64,000 nt of DNA from an uncultured Thermoplasmatales archaeon (GTDB lineage Archaea > Thermoplasmatota > E2 > UBA202 > DSCA01), in contig CAZSHJ010000002.1 in assembly GCA_964606745.1 (NCBI GenBank), positions 2,629 through 66,628 on the forward strand, read 5' to 3'. Position 1 is the stretch's first letter, and each line of letters opens with the position of its first letter. Below the pieces are notes generated by a model. The model was not told where the DNA came from, made no database searches, and saw only the letters and a program-made list of their open reading frames with translations. The translations under genes were made by a program, and so were the position numbers. Positions 11,301 through 19,660 of this stretch are shown piece by piece.

Positions 11301-12072
11301 TGCAAGTGGAACAAATCCAAGCATACAAATCACAATGAACTCTGGCAAAACAATAACTGCACATTTTGTAGAGACAACTCCCCCAAATCAACTTCCAACT
11401 GTTGCAATAACTTCTCCAGCCAATGGTGCAACCGTGAGCGGAACTGTGAATATTCAGGGCACGGCTGGTGATGCTGATGGGGCTGTCCAAGACGTGCAAG
11501 TAAAGGTTGATTCAGACTCATGGATTTCAGTGTTTATAGTTGATTCTGGTTCAGGGGGTTATGATTCATGGGGTTATTGGTGGAATACTACCGCTGTTGC
11601 AAATGGAAGCCATACAATTTATGCTCGTAGCTATGACGGAACGGATTATTCAAGCATTGATTCTGTGACGGTGAATGTGAACAACATTCCGCCGAATCAT
11701 AAGCCCACAGTGGATATAATCTTTCCATTGGATGGAACAGAAGTGAAGAAAACATTTACTATCCACGGAACTGCAAACGATGAAGATGGAGATGAAATTC
11801 AGGTGGAGATAAAAATTGGTGATGGAAACTGGACTATTGTTAATGGAACAACAATGTGGAATTATTCATGGGATACAACTGGCTTTGATAATGGAGATTA
11901 TGTTATACAGACAAAGGCATATGATGGGCATGAATATTCAAACATTGACTCAATAATGGTTAAAGTGAATAATAAAAAAGGTGGCGGTGGCATTCCGGGC
12001 TTCGAACTAATTTTGCTTGTGGGGGCAATTGTTGCCGTGCTTTTGATGGGAAGGAGAAAACCCAATCTTTAG
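5338..12072 (+). CDS. Giant (2244 aa) cell-surface protein: right-handed beta-helix (NosD/CASH-like) modules, Ig-like domains, three InlB-B-type repeats, C-terminal PGF-CTERM archaeosortase signal
   Basis: Signal peptide. Many xSNNxxGI beta-helix rungs. A ~520-aa supermodule (VYVDDDFNESTP...YYENVVVNKSINLIGENRNTTIIDG...ADWVNIS cap + helix + QRPTVNI...ARSYDG...VNN Ig-like domain) occurs three times. Three B-repeat-like units (YTLNILVSPESAGTVTLSPSGGTYDEGTVVTVTAHANTDYEFNHWSGD). C-terminus GIPGFELILLVGAIVAVLLMGRRKPNL is a PGF-CTERM. Strong RBS ggaggcaaaaatATG. Confidence 0.85.
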   Translation: MRGKKVGILLLIVASLVIASFVIAEMKNGLDIKEVRAEPNGGNILYVGGTGLDNYTTIQAAIDDANPGDTVFVYNGTYYENVVVDKSINLIGENKNTTIIDGNGTGNVVNISADWVNISGFSIRNSGSNLRIFGIFASGYNNIIIFSCIISNNDIGVVLSGYNNTVFSCIISNNDIGVVVLSGYNNTVFSCVISNNGFGVFLSGYNNTVFSCIISNNGFVGIRLDSSSNITISNNTFTNDGITIAGSLSHFIHRIENNTVNGKSLLYYKNENNVVLDGAGTGQLILVNCSNFEIKNINISDTHIGIEVAYSSNITVSNCNLSNNYEGIRLEYSSNTTISSCNISNNYDGIQVYCSTNNTIADCTISSNFNGIGIELKYSSNNTISSCTISSNIYITYIGILLFESSNNNLIYHNNFINNVNQAYDDGDNTWDNGYPSGGNYWSDFDEPSEGAWDNNSDGIADSPYYIPSGSNQDRYPLINPWNMTINQRPTVNIAFPFNGSTVNGTIIVNGTANDTDNTIQKVEIKIDNGSWMIANGTTSWNYSWDTTTVSNGNHTIYARSYDGEDYSTIVQVNVTVNNIILPPPSIVYVDDDFNESTPGWQYDHFDKIQDGIDAVADSTVYVFNGIYYENVVVNKSINLIGENRNTTIIDGSGMGDVVYVSADWVNISNFTIQGSGNSYPFDIGAGMNICSNNNTIFCNIFSNNGNGLVLSYSNNNSITSNHIYNNSRGVLLSYSNNNSITDNSFLNDGLSTTDSYQNTVINNTVNGKPLVYLEDESDMVVDNAGQVILVNCDNITVQNLELSNTTVGIELQDSNNCFIFGNLISNNRLGMVFDSSSNNVISDCNILNNSFSEGLGVGISLDTSDYNTISNCNISHNGIGIALLHSYLNTIYNSAISNNYAGFILFGTGDNTVFFNNFIGNRYITFLNPSTGIIWGSYRSYTYNGTNYTNHLGNYYDDYSGNDTDGDGIGDISYKIDEHSYDHHPLAMPKQNYIILPPPQPPTVNITYPYNGMTLNGTVIITGIADDIDGIVQKVEISTDFFQWITAVGTILWNYTWNTTTVSNGFHVISARSYDGIEYSDIAAVMVTVNNTYASLSVVYVDDDFNESTPSWDYDHFDNIQDGIDVVAENGTVYVYNGTYYENVVVNKTINLIGEDRNSTIIDGNGTENVVNISADWVNISGFSIRNGNWCGIYTRYSNNTTLIGNIIKDNIGSGTLSLFSNNITISHNSILLNGGSGIELWNPNFANISNNIISKNILDGINVSSSSSSTFTSNLISNNTMFGIRMYDSSTDNNTISNNIICNNGYGIELAYSNNNTISNCNVSNSTIGIWLKQANNNTITNITSYNNWGDGIRLVESSFNHIDSCFVFGSQWNGLGFNYSCNHNVIKNCTIANNWDGIRICTSSHNSISMCTLINENNNIILDMSDYTDIEKCEIKEGQSGIKLVYSSSYNTISNCNISNNDEGIDLDSSPNNEIHYNNIYGNSEYGIRNWNSELQYVVNAAYNYWDFLSGPYHPTLNPTGTGDNVSDNVDFIPWLTAPVIGGMEGTLTEGENEVDAIDEADTIIEINATANNSMRIISYEEAPVEEPEVVKSIGKYIEIEVENETAVEWPIFIQIYYTQEDLDNTGITENQIIGIYFYNESSGEWELYNDAGVNTTDIMVSRKQYAGYVWANAWHLTNMTIGADNNPPEISNVDANPESQEINGYVNISCVVTDNIETSEVFVNITYPDSTYHNLSMVNIAGSDIHYYNASYSSEGNYEYFIWASDTSANANVSSKKSFSVFIPQYTLNILVSPESAGTVTLSPSGGTYDEGTVVTVTAHANTDYEFNHWSGDVSSSNPTVQITMDSDKSITVNFTENPPHQYTLTASVDPSGSGSITLNPLGGTYDEGTTVTATANPNTGYEFDHWSGDASGITSSIQITMDSDKSITAHFSVIQYTLTTSITPSGSGYVTLNPTGGTYDEGTVVTVTAHANSGYEFDHWSGDASGTNPSIQITMNSGKTITAHFVETTPPNQLPTVAITSPANGATVSGTVNIQGTAGDADGAVQDVQVKVDSDSWISVFIVDSGSGGYDSWGYWWNTTAVANGSHTIYARSYDGTDYSSIDSVTVNVNNIPPNHKPTVDIIFPLDGTEVKKTFTIHGTANDEDGDEIQVEIKIGDGNWTIVNGTTMWNYSWDTTGFDNGDYVIQTKAYDGHEYSNIDSIMVKVNNKKGGGGIPGFELILLVGAIVAVLLMGRRKPNL
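5748..6010 (+). repeat. Four near-identical tandem 63-69 nt repeats (one beta-helix rung, ~22 aa each) inside the giant surface-protein gene
   Basis: Direct reading: cagtggttacaataacactgttttctcttgcatcatctcaaataatgacattggtgttg... reiterated. Units encode SGYNNTVFSCIISNNDIGVVL variants with 3-nt indels. Confidence 0.8.
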
Positions 12073-12095
12073 CCATAAAACTCTTAAAACATCTT

Positions 12096-13538
12096 TTGTA
12101 TTACCTCCTCATGCTTTCCGGGGCTGTGTTGGAAGACATAAAGGGCATTGTGGGGGAAGGAGATATTATCACCTCTGTGGCTAAACTTTATTCTTATGGT
12201 TTTGACGCATCCATCCATCATCATATGCCCGACATTGTTATAAGAATCCATAACACTCAGGAAATCAGTAAAATTATGCGGCTGGCGAATGAGCACGGCA
12301 TTCCGGTCATTGCCCGTGGTTCAGGAACCGCCCTCTCGGGTCAGGCAATTCCGATAAAAGGGGGCATTGTGCTGGACATGATGCCAATGAACAAGATAAA
12401 GGAAATAAGAGTTGAGGATTTGTACTGCGTTGTCGAGCCCGGCGTGATATATGGCAAACTCAACCTGGAACTTGCCAAAAAGAAATTCTTCTTTCCGCCA
12501 TCGCCGGGAAGCGGCGACGTCTGCACTGTGGGAGGTATGGTTGCCACAAATGCGTCCGGGATGAGGGCGATAAGGTACGGGGCAACCAGGGATTATGTGC
12601 TAGGGATGGAGGTGGTGCTGTCTGACGGAAGCGTAGCTCACTTCGGAACAAGGACAATCAAGAATTCATCTGGTTACCAGCTTGAGAAGTTGATGGTCGG
12701 GAGCGAGGGCACGCTGGGTATAATCACGGAAATTACATTTCGCATCATCCCGCTGCCGGAAAAACGGGCTATTGCCGTTGCACCCTTCGATTCGCTTGAA
12801 AAGGCGGGACAGGGGGTTTCCAATATTATTGCATCGGGTTTGCTGCCGTCAGCCCTTGAGATAATGGACATTGTATGCATAAAGGCGGTCAACAAATCGA
12901 TGGATATCGGGTTGCCGGAAAACGAGGCGATTATACTGGCTGAAGTAGATGGCGAGAAGGAGGTCATAAAAAGGAAGATACAGCATATGGCGGAGATATG
13001 CAGGAAGAGCGGGGCAGACAACGTTGATTTCACAGATGACGAGGAGGAGATGTTAAATCTTTGGAGGGGCAGGAAAGGAGTACTCCCGTCGCTCTCACGC
13101 TACGGGGAGGATATGATATCCGTTTCACTTGCAGACGATATGTCGGTACCGATATCAAAAATTCCGGTTGCAGTAAAGAAATTCCAAGAAATCGCAAAGA
13201 AATATGGAATAATCATAGGCACTTATGGGCATGCTGGCGACGGTAATCTCCACACGAAAGTTTTAATCAACCCGCTGATGGATGGAAGCTGGGAAAGCGC
13301 CGAGAAGGCCGTTGATGAAATTTACCGCACCGTTATAGCCCTTCAGGGTACTGTCAGCGGCGAGCACGGAATAGGCATATCAAAAGCCCCGTGGATGCAG
13401 ATTGAAAGGAAGGATTCATTGGGGGTCATGGATGAAATAAAAAGGGCGATTGACCCGAAAAACATAATGAATCCCGGAAAGATAATGCAGTGGAAGGGAA
13501 GCATAATTTCATATCTGAGGTACCCGAAACATGAGTGA
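12096..13538 (+). CDS. glcD: FAD-linked oxidase (GlcD / D-lactate dehydrogenase-like, FAD-binding PCMH type)
   Basis: 480 aa with FAD-binding domain (RGSGTALSGQAIP, GGMVATNASG) and C-terminal FAD-oxidase domain (GEHGIGISKAPWM). Overlaps the next gene by 8 nt. Confidence 0.85.
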   Translation: MYYLLMLSGAVLEDIKGIVGEGDIITSVAKLYSYGFDASIHHHMPDIVIRIHNTQEISKIMRLANEHGIPVIARGSGTALSGQAIPIKGGIVLDMMPMNKIKEIRVEDLYCVVEPGVIYGKLNLELAKKKFFFPPSPGSGDVCTVGGMVATNASGMRAIRYGATRDYVLGMEVVLSDGSVAHFGTRTIKNSSGYQLEKLMVGSEGTLGIITEITFRIIPLPEKRAIAVAPFDSLEKAGQGVSNIIASGLLPSALEIMDIVCIKAVNKSMDIGLPENEAIILAEVDGEKEVIKRKIQHMAEICRKSGADNVDFTDDEEEMLNLWRGRKGVLPSLSRYGEDMISVSLADDMSVPISKIPVAVKKFQEIAKKYGIIIGTYGHAGDGNLHTKVLINPLMDGSWESAEKAVDEIYRTVIALQGTVSGEHGIGISKAPWMQIERKDSLGVMDEIKRAIDPKNIMNPGKIMQWKGSIISYLRYPKHE

Positions 13539-14580
13539 AATGAAGCACCTTAAGCAAATCCAGCATGAACTGATGTGCTGCACCGGATGCGGCTACTGCA
13601 AAAAATCCTGTCCCACGTTCGATATATTGAGCACGGAGGCGGACAGCGGCAGGGGGAAGGTATTCATTTCATATGGCATGCTGTCGGGCGAGATAAAGGA
13701 GGACAGCTCGGTTATAGAAGCCCTGCAGAATTGTCCCCTGTGCGGACGGTGCGAAAAGGATTGCCCCTCGCTTGTTAGGATAAGTGATATCATACACGCT
13801 GCACGAAGGGATACGGACGACATTCTTCCAGCCCACCAGACCATTCTGGATAATATGACCAGTCATGGAAATCCTTTCGGTGTGGGTAAGAAAAAGGCGT
13901 ATGCCGGCGGCGGGGCGGCTGCGGGGGCAACGGAGACGGTAAATGTTGCATACTTTTCCGGGTGTATGGAAAATTATCTGGAGCATGGACTGAAAAAGGC
14001 GGTCATTTCCATATTTGGGAAAATTGGGATGAAAGTGGCAGTGGTGGACAAAGAGTGCTGTGGCAATCCAGTTGATATAATCGGCAGGGAAAATCATCAG
14101 ATGAAAAAACTGGGAAAGGAATTGGATGATAATGGCATCAAAAAAATCATTTTTTCCTGTCCGAGCTGCATGCAGTCCTTCCTTCCGTTCAAGGAAAAGT
14201 TCAAGCTTGTCCACATCTCGGAGTTTCTGGAAGGTATGGATTTGAACATGAAAAATTCGGGAATGAAACTCATATATCACGATTCCTCTGTTCTTGGAAG
14301 AAAACTCGGCATATACGACGCACCGAGAAAACTGCTGGAAAAGGCGGGGGGCTTCGTGGAATTTGACGAGAATAAGGAGTTGTCACAGTGCTGCGGCAGT
14401 GATATTGCGTTCAGGGAGGCTTTTTCAGGAACGGCAGGAAAAATGGCTGAAAGAATTGCGGAAGAGGCAAAAGAAAAGAATACAACAATTGTTACAGCAT
14501 CGCCCCACTGCTACCACCATCTTAAAAAATATGGAGATGTGATTGATTTGGTTGAGCTTGTGGATAGGTGTCTGCAGTAA
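13531..14580 (+). CDS. glcF: Fe-S subunit of lactate/glycolate oxidoreductase (GlcF/LldE-like): 2x[4Fe-4S] + 2 CCG domains
   Basis: CTGCGYCKKSCP and CPLCGRCEKDCP ferredoxin motifs. CCGNP and CCGSD cysteine-rich (CCG) motifs. Translationally coupled to the glcD-like gene. Confidence 0.85.
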   Translation: MSEMKHLKQIQHELMCCTGCGYCKKSCPTFDILSTEADSGRGKVFISYGMLSGEIKEDSSVIEALQNCPLCGRCEKDCPSLVRISDIIHAARRDTDDILPAHQTILDNMTSHGNPFGVGKKKAYAGGGAAAGATETVNVAYFSGCMENYLEHGLKKAVISIFGKIGMKVAVVDKECCGNPVDIIGRENHQMKKLGKELDDNGIKKIIFSCPSCMQSFLPFKEKFKLVHISEFLEGMDLNMKNSGMKLIYHDSSVLGRKLGIYDAPRKLLEKAGGFVEFDENKELSQCCGSDIAFREAFSGTAGKMAERIAEEAKEKNTTIVTASPHCYHHLKKYGDVIDLVELVDRCLQ

Positions 14581-14617
14581 ATTCCAATAAGTTTTATTAC
14601 CTGAGAAATATTCTGCT

Positions 14618-15169
14618 TTGATGATACCCAAGAAGTTGTTTCTCACCAAAGGCGTGGGAAGGCATAAGGATAAGTTGCAATCATTCGAGCTTGCCCTAAG
14701 GGATGCAGGTATAGCATCGTGCAATCTTGTGGAGGTTTCAAGTATCGTCCCTCCGAATTGCAGGATAATATCTGCCAAAGAGGGAAAGAAGCACATTAGG
14801 CCCGGACAGATAACATTCTGTGTGATGGCAAAAAATTCAACAAATGAGCCGAACCGATTTGTCGTCTCCTCGATTGGCCTTGCTCTTCCGAAGAACAGAA
14901 ATCTGTACGGTTACCTGTCCGAGTATCACAGCTATGGCGAGACGGCCAAAAAAGCGGGGGATTATGCCGAAGACCTGGCTGCGACCATGCTTGCCACCAC
15001 TCTAGGTCTCGAATTCGACCTGGAGAAGGCATGGGATGAAAGAAAACAGGAATACAGGATGAGCGGACGCATAGTTCGGTCCAGAAATATAACCCAGTCG
15101 GCAAGAGGCGACATAAGCAGGCGGTGGACGACGGTGATTGCTGTTGCAATATTCGTAATGGATGAGTGA
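14618..15169 (+). CDS. pdaD: Pyruvoyl-dependent arginine decarboxylase
   Basis: 183 aa. [40 protein letters not shown] matches the PdaD family, including the SS self-cleavage site. Confidence 0.9.
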   Translation: MMIPKKLFLTKGVGRHKDKLQSFELALRDAGIASCNLVEVSSIVPPNCRIISAKEGKKHIRPGQITFCVMAKNSTNEPNRFVVSSIGLALPKNRNLYGYLSEYHSYGETAKKAGDYAEDLAATMLATTLGLEFDLEKAWDERKQEYRMSGRIVRSRNITQSARGDISRRWTTVIAVAIFVMDE

Positions 15170-15193
15170 GATAAAATGAACAGGTCTGATATT

Positions 15194-15613
15194 CTACTTC
15201 AATCTCATTTCCATCAGTCCATCTGGGTTTTTTTCCCTCAGTATTTTTATATCTTCAAGTTTCCGCAGAGCAATCTCATTGACGACATTAACTTCTCCTT
15301 CAAGTAGATGCCCCCCTATTAGGCGGTGGTCCGAAATGGCAAGCGCCACATGAATATGGCATATCACATCGCCCTTTCCATCTCTTCCAATATTTCCTTG
15401 CATCGATACAAGCTCCGCCGCTCCTTCCACTTTTTCTTTGATATATTCTTTTCCGTTGAAATAGCCCACGACTGCATTTTTCAGCATGCCTATGCCCGAC
15501 ATAATCACTGCTGAATGGATGTTCTGCCCTATAATCATCTTCTCCAGATTTTGTATTGTCTGCCCCTCGACAAATTTTGCAACAATGGTATTGCCCTCTT
15601 CTTTTGACTGCAT
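15194..15613 (-). CDS. PPC/DUF296-domain protein (predicted DNA-binding, PD1-like)
   Basis: 139 aa. ELVSMQGNIGRDGKGDVICHIHVALAISDHRLIGGHLLEGEVNVVNEIAL matches the PPC-domain core (HxH ... GGHL). Confidence 0.6.
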   Translation of the reverse strand: MQSKEEGNTIVAKFVEGQTIQNLEKMIIGQNIHSAVIMSGIGMLKNAVVGYFNGKEYIKEKVEGAAELVSMQGNIGRDGKGDVICHIHVALAISDHRLIGGHLLEGEVNVVNEIALRKLEDIKILREKNPDGLMEMRLK

Positions 15614-15642
15614 GATTGTTAAACAAAACCGATTTATAACTA

Positions 15643-18315
15643 TTAATCCCAGAATTGCCTCGTTCTCGAATAATTTATTTCTGCTCTCAGCACCTCTTTA
15701 AGCAGCTCATCTCCCTCTTTCTGCGTTCCAAGAATCCTTGCAGCGGTATCTGGTCCGATTCCGTAGCCTGCCATGACTGTAATAGCCTTTTTTCCGTAAG
15801 AGGCGACGAGAGAGGCGCTTTTGACGGATGCCCTGGCAAATTTTGCTGTTTTTCCCATCTTGAATACCGCTATCATCTTTCCCTTGCATTTCGGGCATAC
15901 CGGCGTTGCTCTCCCCGCCGTGGTGCTCCATTCGTACGAACAGTTCATGCATTTGAGGTTTATGCGAGTGTTCATCAGCCTCTTCTTGAGAGATGCAATT
16001 ACAGCAGAATTGAATTCGGATGGACGAAACGCTTCTCCCTTAACCTTTTCGCCCTGTAAAGAGAATGGGGAAAGCCCCTGAATTTTTATTGATATGTTTC
16101 CTTCCTGCATTTCCTTTAGTACGTACCTTGCATGCTCAATATCCATCTTTTCCCATATGATTCTGTCCACAACTTCTTTTATCAGTGGCAATCCTTCAAA
16201 AACATCCATTATCTTTTCCACGGAAAGTCTTTTGCTATCGACATCCTTGCTCAGCACACCGAATTTTCGTGCAACTTTTATCACTTCCCACTTGATGAAT
16301 GTGCTTTTTTTGAGAATTATCTTCATCAGTTCTTCCATGCCATCGGGATCCGTGTCAAGCATTACATCCTGCACCATTTCCAGGTTGATGGGACGGGCAA
16401 CTCTAAGATAAATCCTGTAAGCATCATTGTCCACGGCAATGGTATCTCCAAGTCGCTGGGCAAGCAGCGAAGCAATAAGTCTGCCCACCGCCTTATTTGT
16501 CATCGAGCCGAAATGCGTGTTTATGTAGATGATGCCTTTCCCTCCCTCTATTGTAACAAGTTTATCTGTGGGGGTAAGGAAATCTTTCTCTGACTGCAAC
16601 TCTATCCCGTCCTCGATAATTTTATCCCTCCTTTTTCCCTCGGCCACCATTCTTCTCATTTTTCCCACTGCCTGTGCCACCTCAAACGGTACGGGAATTT
16701 CCTCCCCTGCCCAGTCGGGGACCATATACGTTCTTTTTGCGGGAAAAACGGTCAGCCGGTCATCATTGCTGACCACTTCCCATGCCTTTCCTTTCATGAT
16801 GAATTTTGCCCCTGGGGTACAGTAATTCAATACGAAGCTTTCATCGAGTTTTCCTATATTTTTATTTGATGATACATCCTGTACATCCATGCTTTTTTCG
16901 TCGGGTATCATGGAGATGTTTTCAAAAAAATAGTCCCTCGTCTTCCTCTTTCTTCCGACAGTTTTTCCGTCATACCATATTATGCGTTGTTCCTCAAGCT
17001 CACCCAGCAAATCCATGAACTTTTTCCTGTCCAGATTTCTGAAGGGGTACGACCTCTTTATAATCCCGTAAATCCTCTCGATGTCTATTTTTCCGTATTC
17101 CACGGTGATGGACAGTATCTGGTTTGCAAGCACTGTCAAAGGACTTTCCCTTATCCTCGTTTTTTCAAGTTCGCCGTTTGTCGCTCTTCCTGCGATTGCA
17201 ATGCTTTCGGCAAAATCCTCGGTGTTTGTTGCAATTATTGTGCCCTTGGCAACTCCCCCGGCATGATGCCCGCTCCTGCCGACCCTCTGTACAAGCCGTG
17301 TCACTTGGCGTGGAGAATTATACTGGATTACGAAGTCGGTATTCCCCACGTCTATGCCAAGCTCCAGCGATGAGGTGCATATAAGTGATTTTATCTTTCC
17401 TTCCTTGAATTTCTCTTCGGCTTCGATTCTCGCATCTCTTGAAAGTGAACCGTGGTGTATGTCTATGGATGCCCCCACCCCGTGAAGATGGGCGGCTAGC
17501 AGTTCCGCCGTATCCCTCGTATTCACAAAGAAGAGGACGGATTTGTGCCGGTCTATCATATCCATAGCCGTTCTGACCACTGCTGCAGAAGTGATGTCGC
17601 ACTCCAGTTTTTCAGCTATTTTTTTATCGCTCTCATCCGTCTTTACAAATTCAACATCAATTTGCATCTCCTTTCCGGTATTTTCCTCTATTATTTCTAC
17701 TGCCCCACTGCCTCCGAAAAAGTCTGCGACCTCTCGGGGTGTCCCCACGGTGGCGGAAAGCCCTACTCTCTGGAAATCGCCCGTTAGTTCCCGTAGCCTC
17801 TCGAGGGCGACGCCGAGCTGCGCCCCCCTTTCCTCTCCTGCCAATTCGTGTACCTCATCGATTACTACCCATTTCACATCCCTGAGGCTGTTTCTCAGAT
17901 TTTTTCCCGTGAAGAGTATCTGCAAAGTTTCCGGCGTGGTGATGAGCATATCCGGCGGATGAAGGGACTGCCTTCTCCTCTCCTTCTTTGTCGTGTCCCC
18001 GTGGCGAACCGCTATATCCATGCCTAACTTCTTTCCCCATGATATTGTTCTTCTGAGCATGTCCCGGTTGAGGGCGCGGAGGGGTGTTATGTAAAGTATA
18101 CTTATTCCGTCTGTCCTGCCATCTCTAAGAAAGAGATTGAAAATGGGGAGCAATGCCGCTTCAGTTTTCCCCATCCCGGTCGGGGCTATAAGCAGGCAGT
18201 TTTTTCCGTTCAGGATTTCGGGTATCGCTTTCAGCTGTGGTGCCGTAAGCTCGTCCAGACCCTCTTCCCTGATAACCTTCTGCAGCAGCGGCTCAAGATT
18301 TGATATCCTCTTCAT
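15643..18315 (-). CDS. lhr: Lhr-type ATP-dependent DEXH helicase
   Basis: 890 aa. Walker A APTGMGKTEAALLP, DEVHEL box, helicase C domain, Lhr-core winged-helix region and C-terminal zinc ribbon (CMNCSYEW...CPKCKGK). Confidence 0.9.
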   Translation of the reverse strand: MKRISNLEPLLQKVIREEGLDELTAPQLKAIPEILNGKNCLLIAPTGMGKTEAALLPIFNLFLRDGRTDGISILYITPLRALNRDMLRRTISWGKKLGMDIAVRHGDTTKKERRRQSLHPPDMLITTPETLQILFTGKNLRNSLRDVKWVVIDEVHELAGEERGAQLGVALERLRELTGDFQRVGLSATVGTPREVADFFGGSGAVEIIEENTGKEMQIDVEFVKTDESDKKIAEKLECDITSAAVVRTAMDMIDRHKSVLFFVNTRDTAELLAAHLHGVGASIDIHHGSLSRDARIEAEEKFKEGKIKSLICTSSLELGIDVGNTDFVIQYNSPRQVTRLVQRVGRSGHHAGGVAKGTIIATNTEDFAESIAIAGRATNGELEKTRIRESPLTVLANQILSITVEYGKIDIERIYGIIKRSYPFRNLDRKKFMDLLGELEEQRIIWYDGKTVGRKRKTRDYFFENISMIPDEKSMDVQDVSSNKNIGKLDESFVLNYCTPGAKFIMKGKAWEVVSNDDRLTVFPAKRTYMVPDWAGEEIPVPFEVAQAVGKMRRMVAEGKRRDKIIEDGIELQSEKDFLTPTDKLVTIEGGKGIIYINTHFGSMTNKAVGRLIASLLAQRLGDTIAVDNDAYRIYLRVARPINLEMVQDVMLDTDPDGMEELMKIILKKSTFIKWEVIKVARKFGVLSKDVDSKRLSVEKIMDVFEGLPLIKEVVDRIIWEKMDIEHARYVLKEMQEGNISIKIQGLSPFSLQGEKVKGEAFRPSEFNSAVIASLKKRLMNTRINLKCMNCSYEWSTTAGRATPVCPKCKGKMIAVFKMGKTAKFARASVKSASLVASYGKKAITVMAGYGIGPDTAARILGTQKEGDELLKEVLRAEINYSRTRQFWD

Positions 18316-19085
18316 ACTATCGCAACAAGCATAACGGCCAGCACGCCAGTGAGAAATATACCGTCAAATGTGCCGGCCCCGCCTATCGATACCATCAACG
18401 CTCCCACCTTCTCTATCTTCCTTATATTCATCAAGTCCGCTCCCACAAGGACGCCCACCACGCCCGAAATGAAGGCTACGGAGGCAGCATTTTGTGGGGC
18501 GACTATGACGGCTACCAGCGATGCCAGAACAGGAGAAACAAATGCGGGCATTGCTATTCCCGTTTCTTTCACGGGTCTCGCCAGCCGATAGCATATGAGG
18601 GCTATGAATACCGTGGCGAACAAGAGGGGGGGATAGAATTCTGCATTCAGACGTGACATCAGGAAAACTGCCATGGCAAGAGGTATGACTGCTCCTCCGA
18701 CATTCACGCTCACTTTTGTAATCCCCTCGGAAATTGCTCTGACCTTTTTGGGCGGGAAAAAGGATGTGTCAAAGGTGTAATGCTCTTTCATGACCTTCAT
18801 GTTCCATACGGGAATATTTATGAAACTGCCGAGAAGCACTGCGAACAGCAAAAAAATTGCAAGGAGGGGCGGGAAACCCAGTTCCTGAAAAACCTGATTT
18901 ATCATTCCTACGAAAAGAAGCGTGAGTGTCATCACCAATAACGGCAGGATTATGAAAAGGAATAGTGTGCCGAATGGGGGCTGTATTTTCATTGATTGGC
19001 TAACAATTCCGCTATTTAATATTTTGCCAGCTATGCCCAAAATTGAAGAAAATAGTATTATATTATGTGTATTGTGTTCCTGCAA
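18312..19085 (-). CDS. Polytopic integral membrane protein (DUF1614-like, uncertain family)
   Basis: 257 aa, 6-7 hydrophobic spans. 4-nt overlap with the lhr start suggests co-transcription. Confidence 0.65.
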   Translation of the reverse strand: MQEHNTHNIILFSSILGIAGKILNSGIVSQSMKIQPPFGTLFLFIILPLLVMTLTLLFVGMINQVFQELGFPPLLAIFLLFAVLLGSFINIPVWNMKVMKEHYTFDTSFFPPKKVRAISEGITKVSVNVGGAVIPLAMAVFLMSRLNAEFYPPLLFATVFIALICYRLARPVKETGIAMPAFVSPVLASLVAVIVAPQNAASVAFISGVVGVLVGADLMNIRKIEKVGALMVSIGGAGTFDGIFLTGVLAVMLVAIV

Positions 19086-19121
19086 TCTCTATTTTGGCAA
19101 TATTATTTTTATATTATGAAA

Positions 19122-19337
19122 TCAATTGATTTCTTTCAATTTTTCTTTTGACTTGATACCAATAGTAATAATTTCAAGAACTACGATAAAAAGGACCACA
19201 ATGAAAGCTTCATTATAAAGCTCAGTATGTTTTTGGCAATTAAGTAAAAACCCTAGTCCGATGCCCTCGCCTAGCAATCTCATAAAGTATATCCAGTACT
19301 CGCGTAGGAATGCATACTTTAAATCTTCTCCAGGCAT
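19122..19337 (-). CDS. Small hydrophobic protein (hypothetical)
   Basis: 71-aa ORF with one TM segment in a <30% GC islet. Weak support. Confidence 0.3.
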   Translation of the reverse strand: MPGEDLKYAFLREYWIYFMRLLGEGIGLGFLLNCQKHTELYNEAFIVVLFIVVLEIITIGIKSKEKLKEIN

Positions 19338-19366
19338 TTTATCATATTATCAAATACGACTTTGGT

Positions 19367-19606
19367 TTAAATATTACTCAACTTGTGCTTTAGCATTAGA
19401 TATGCTATAAATGTAGTAAGGAGTGCAATAATAGGACCTGCCATTATTATAAACAATCCAGTATCTTTTTCAGTGTTCATTTCATATCCAATACCGATAG
19501 CAATTACCATAACAACTATCAATGTTGATAAGGTTTCAAAAACAACTAAACTCTTTAAATTAATACCACTCATGTCCTTCCTCCATACATATGAATATAT
19601 TAACAC
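19367..19606 (-). CDS. Small two-TM protein, paralogue of 19661..20032
   Basis: TM1-YEMNTEKDTGLFII-TM2 mirrors LEMTENKEIGLLLII in the neighbouring ORF. Likely start at internal Met (MSGINLK). Confidence 0.45.
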   Translation of the reverse strand: MLIYSYVWRKDMSGINLKSLVVFETLSTLIVVMVIAIGIGYEMNTEKDTGLFIIMAGPIIALLTTFIAYLMLKHKLSNI

Positions 19607-19660
19607 TATTTAAGTTTGTGCATCTGCTTTATGCTGCAATCATTTTTAGTAAACAAAGCA

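Noticed and set aside
13669-14280. 203-aa minus-strand ORF
   Set aside because: Fully inside the GlcF-like Fe-S protein gene, whose own frame has ferredoxin and CCG motifs.
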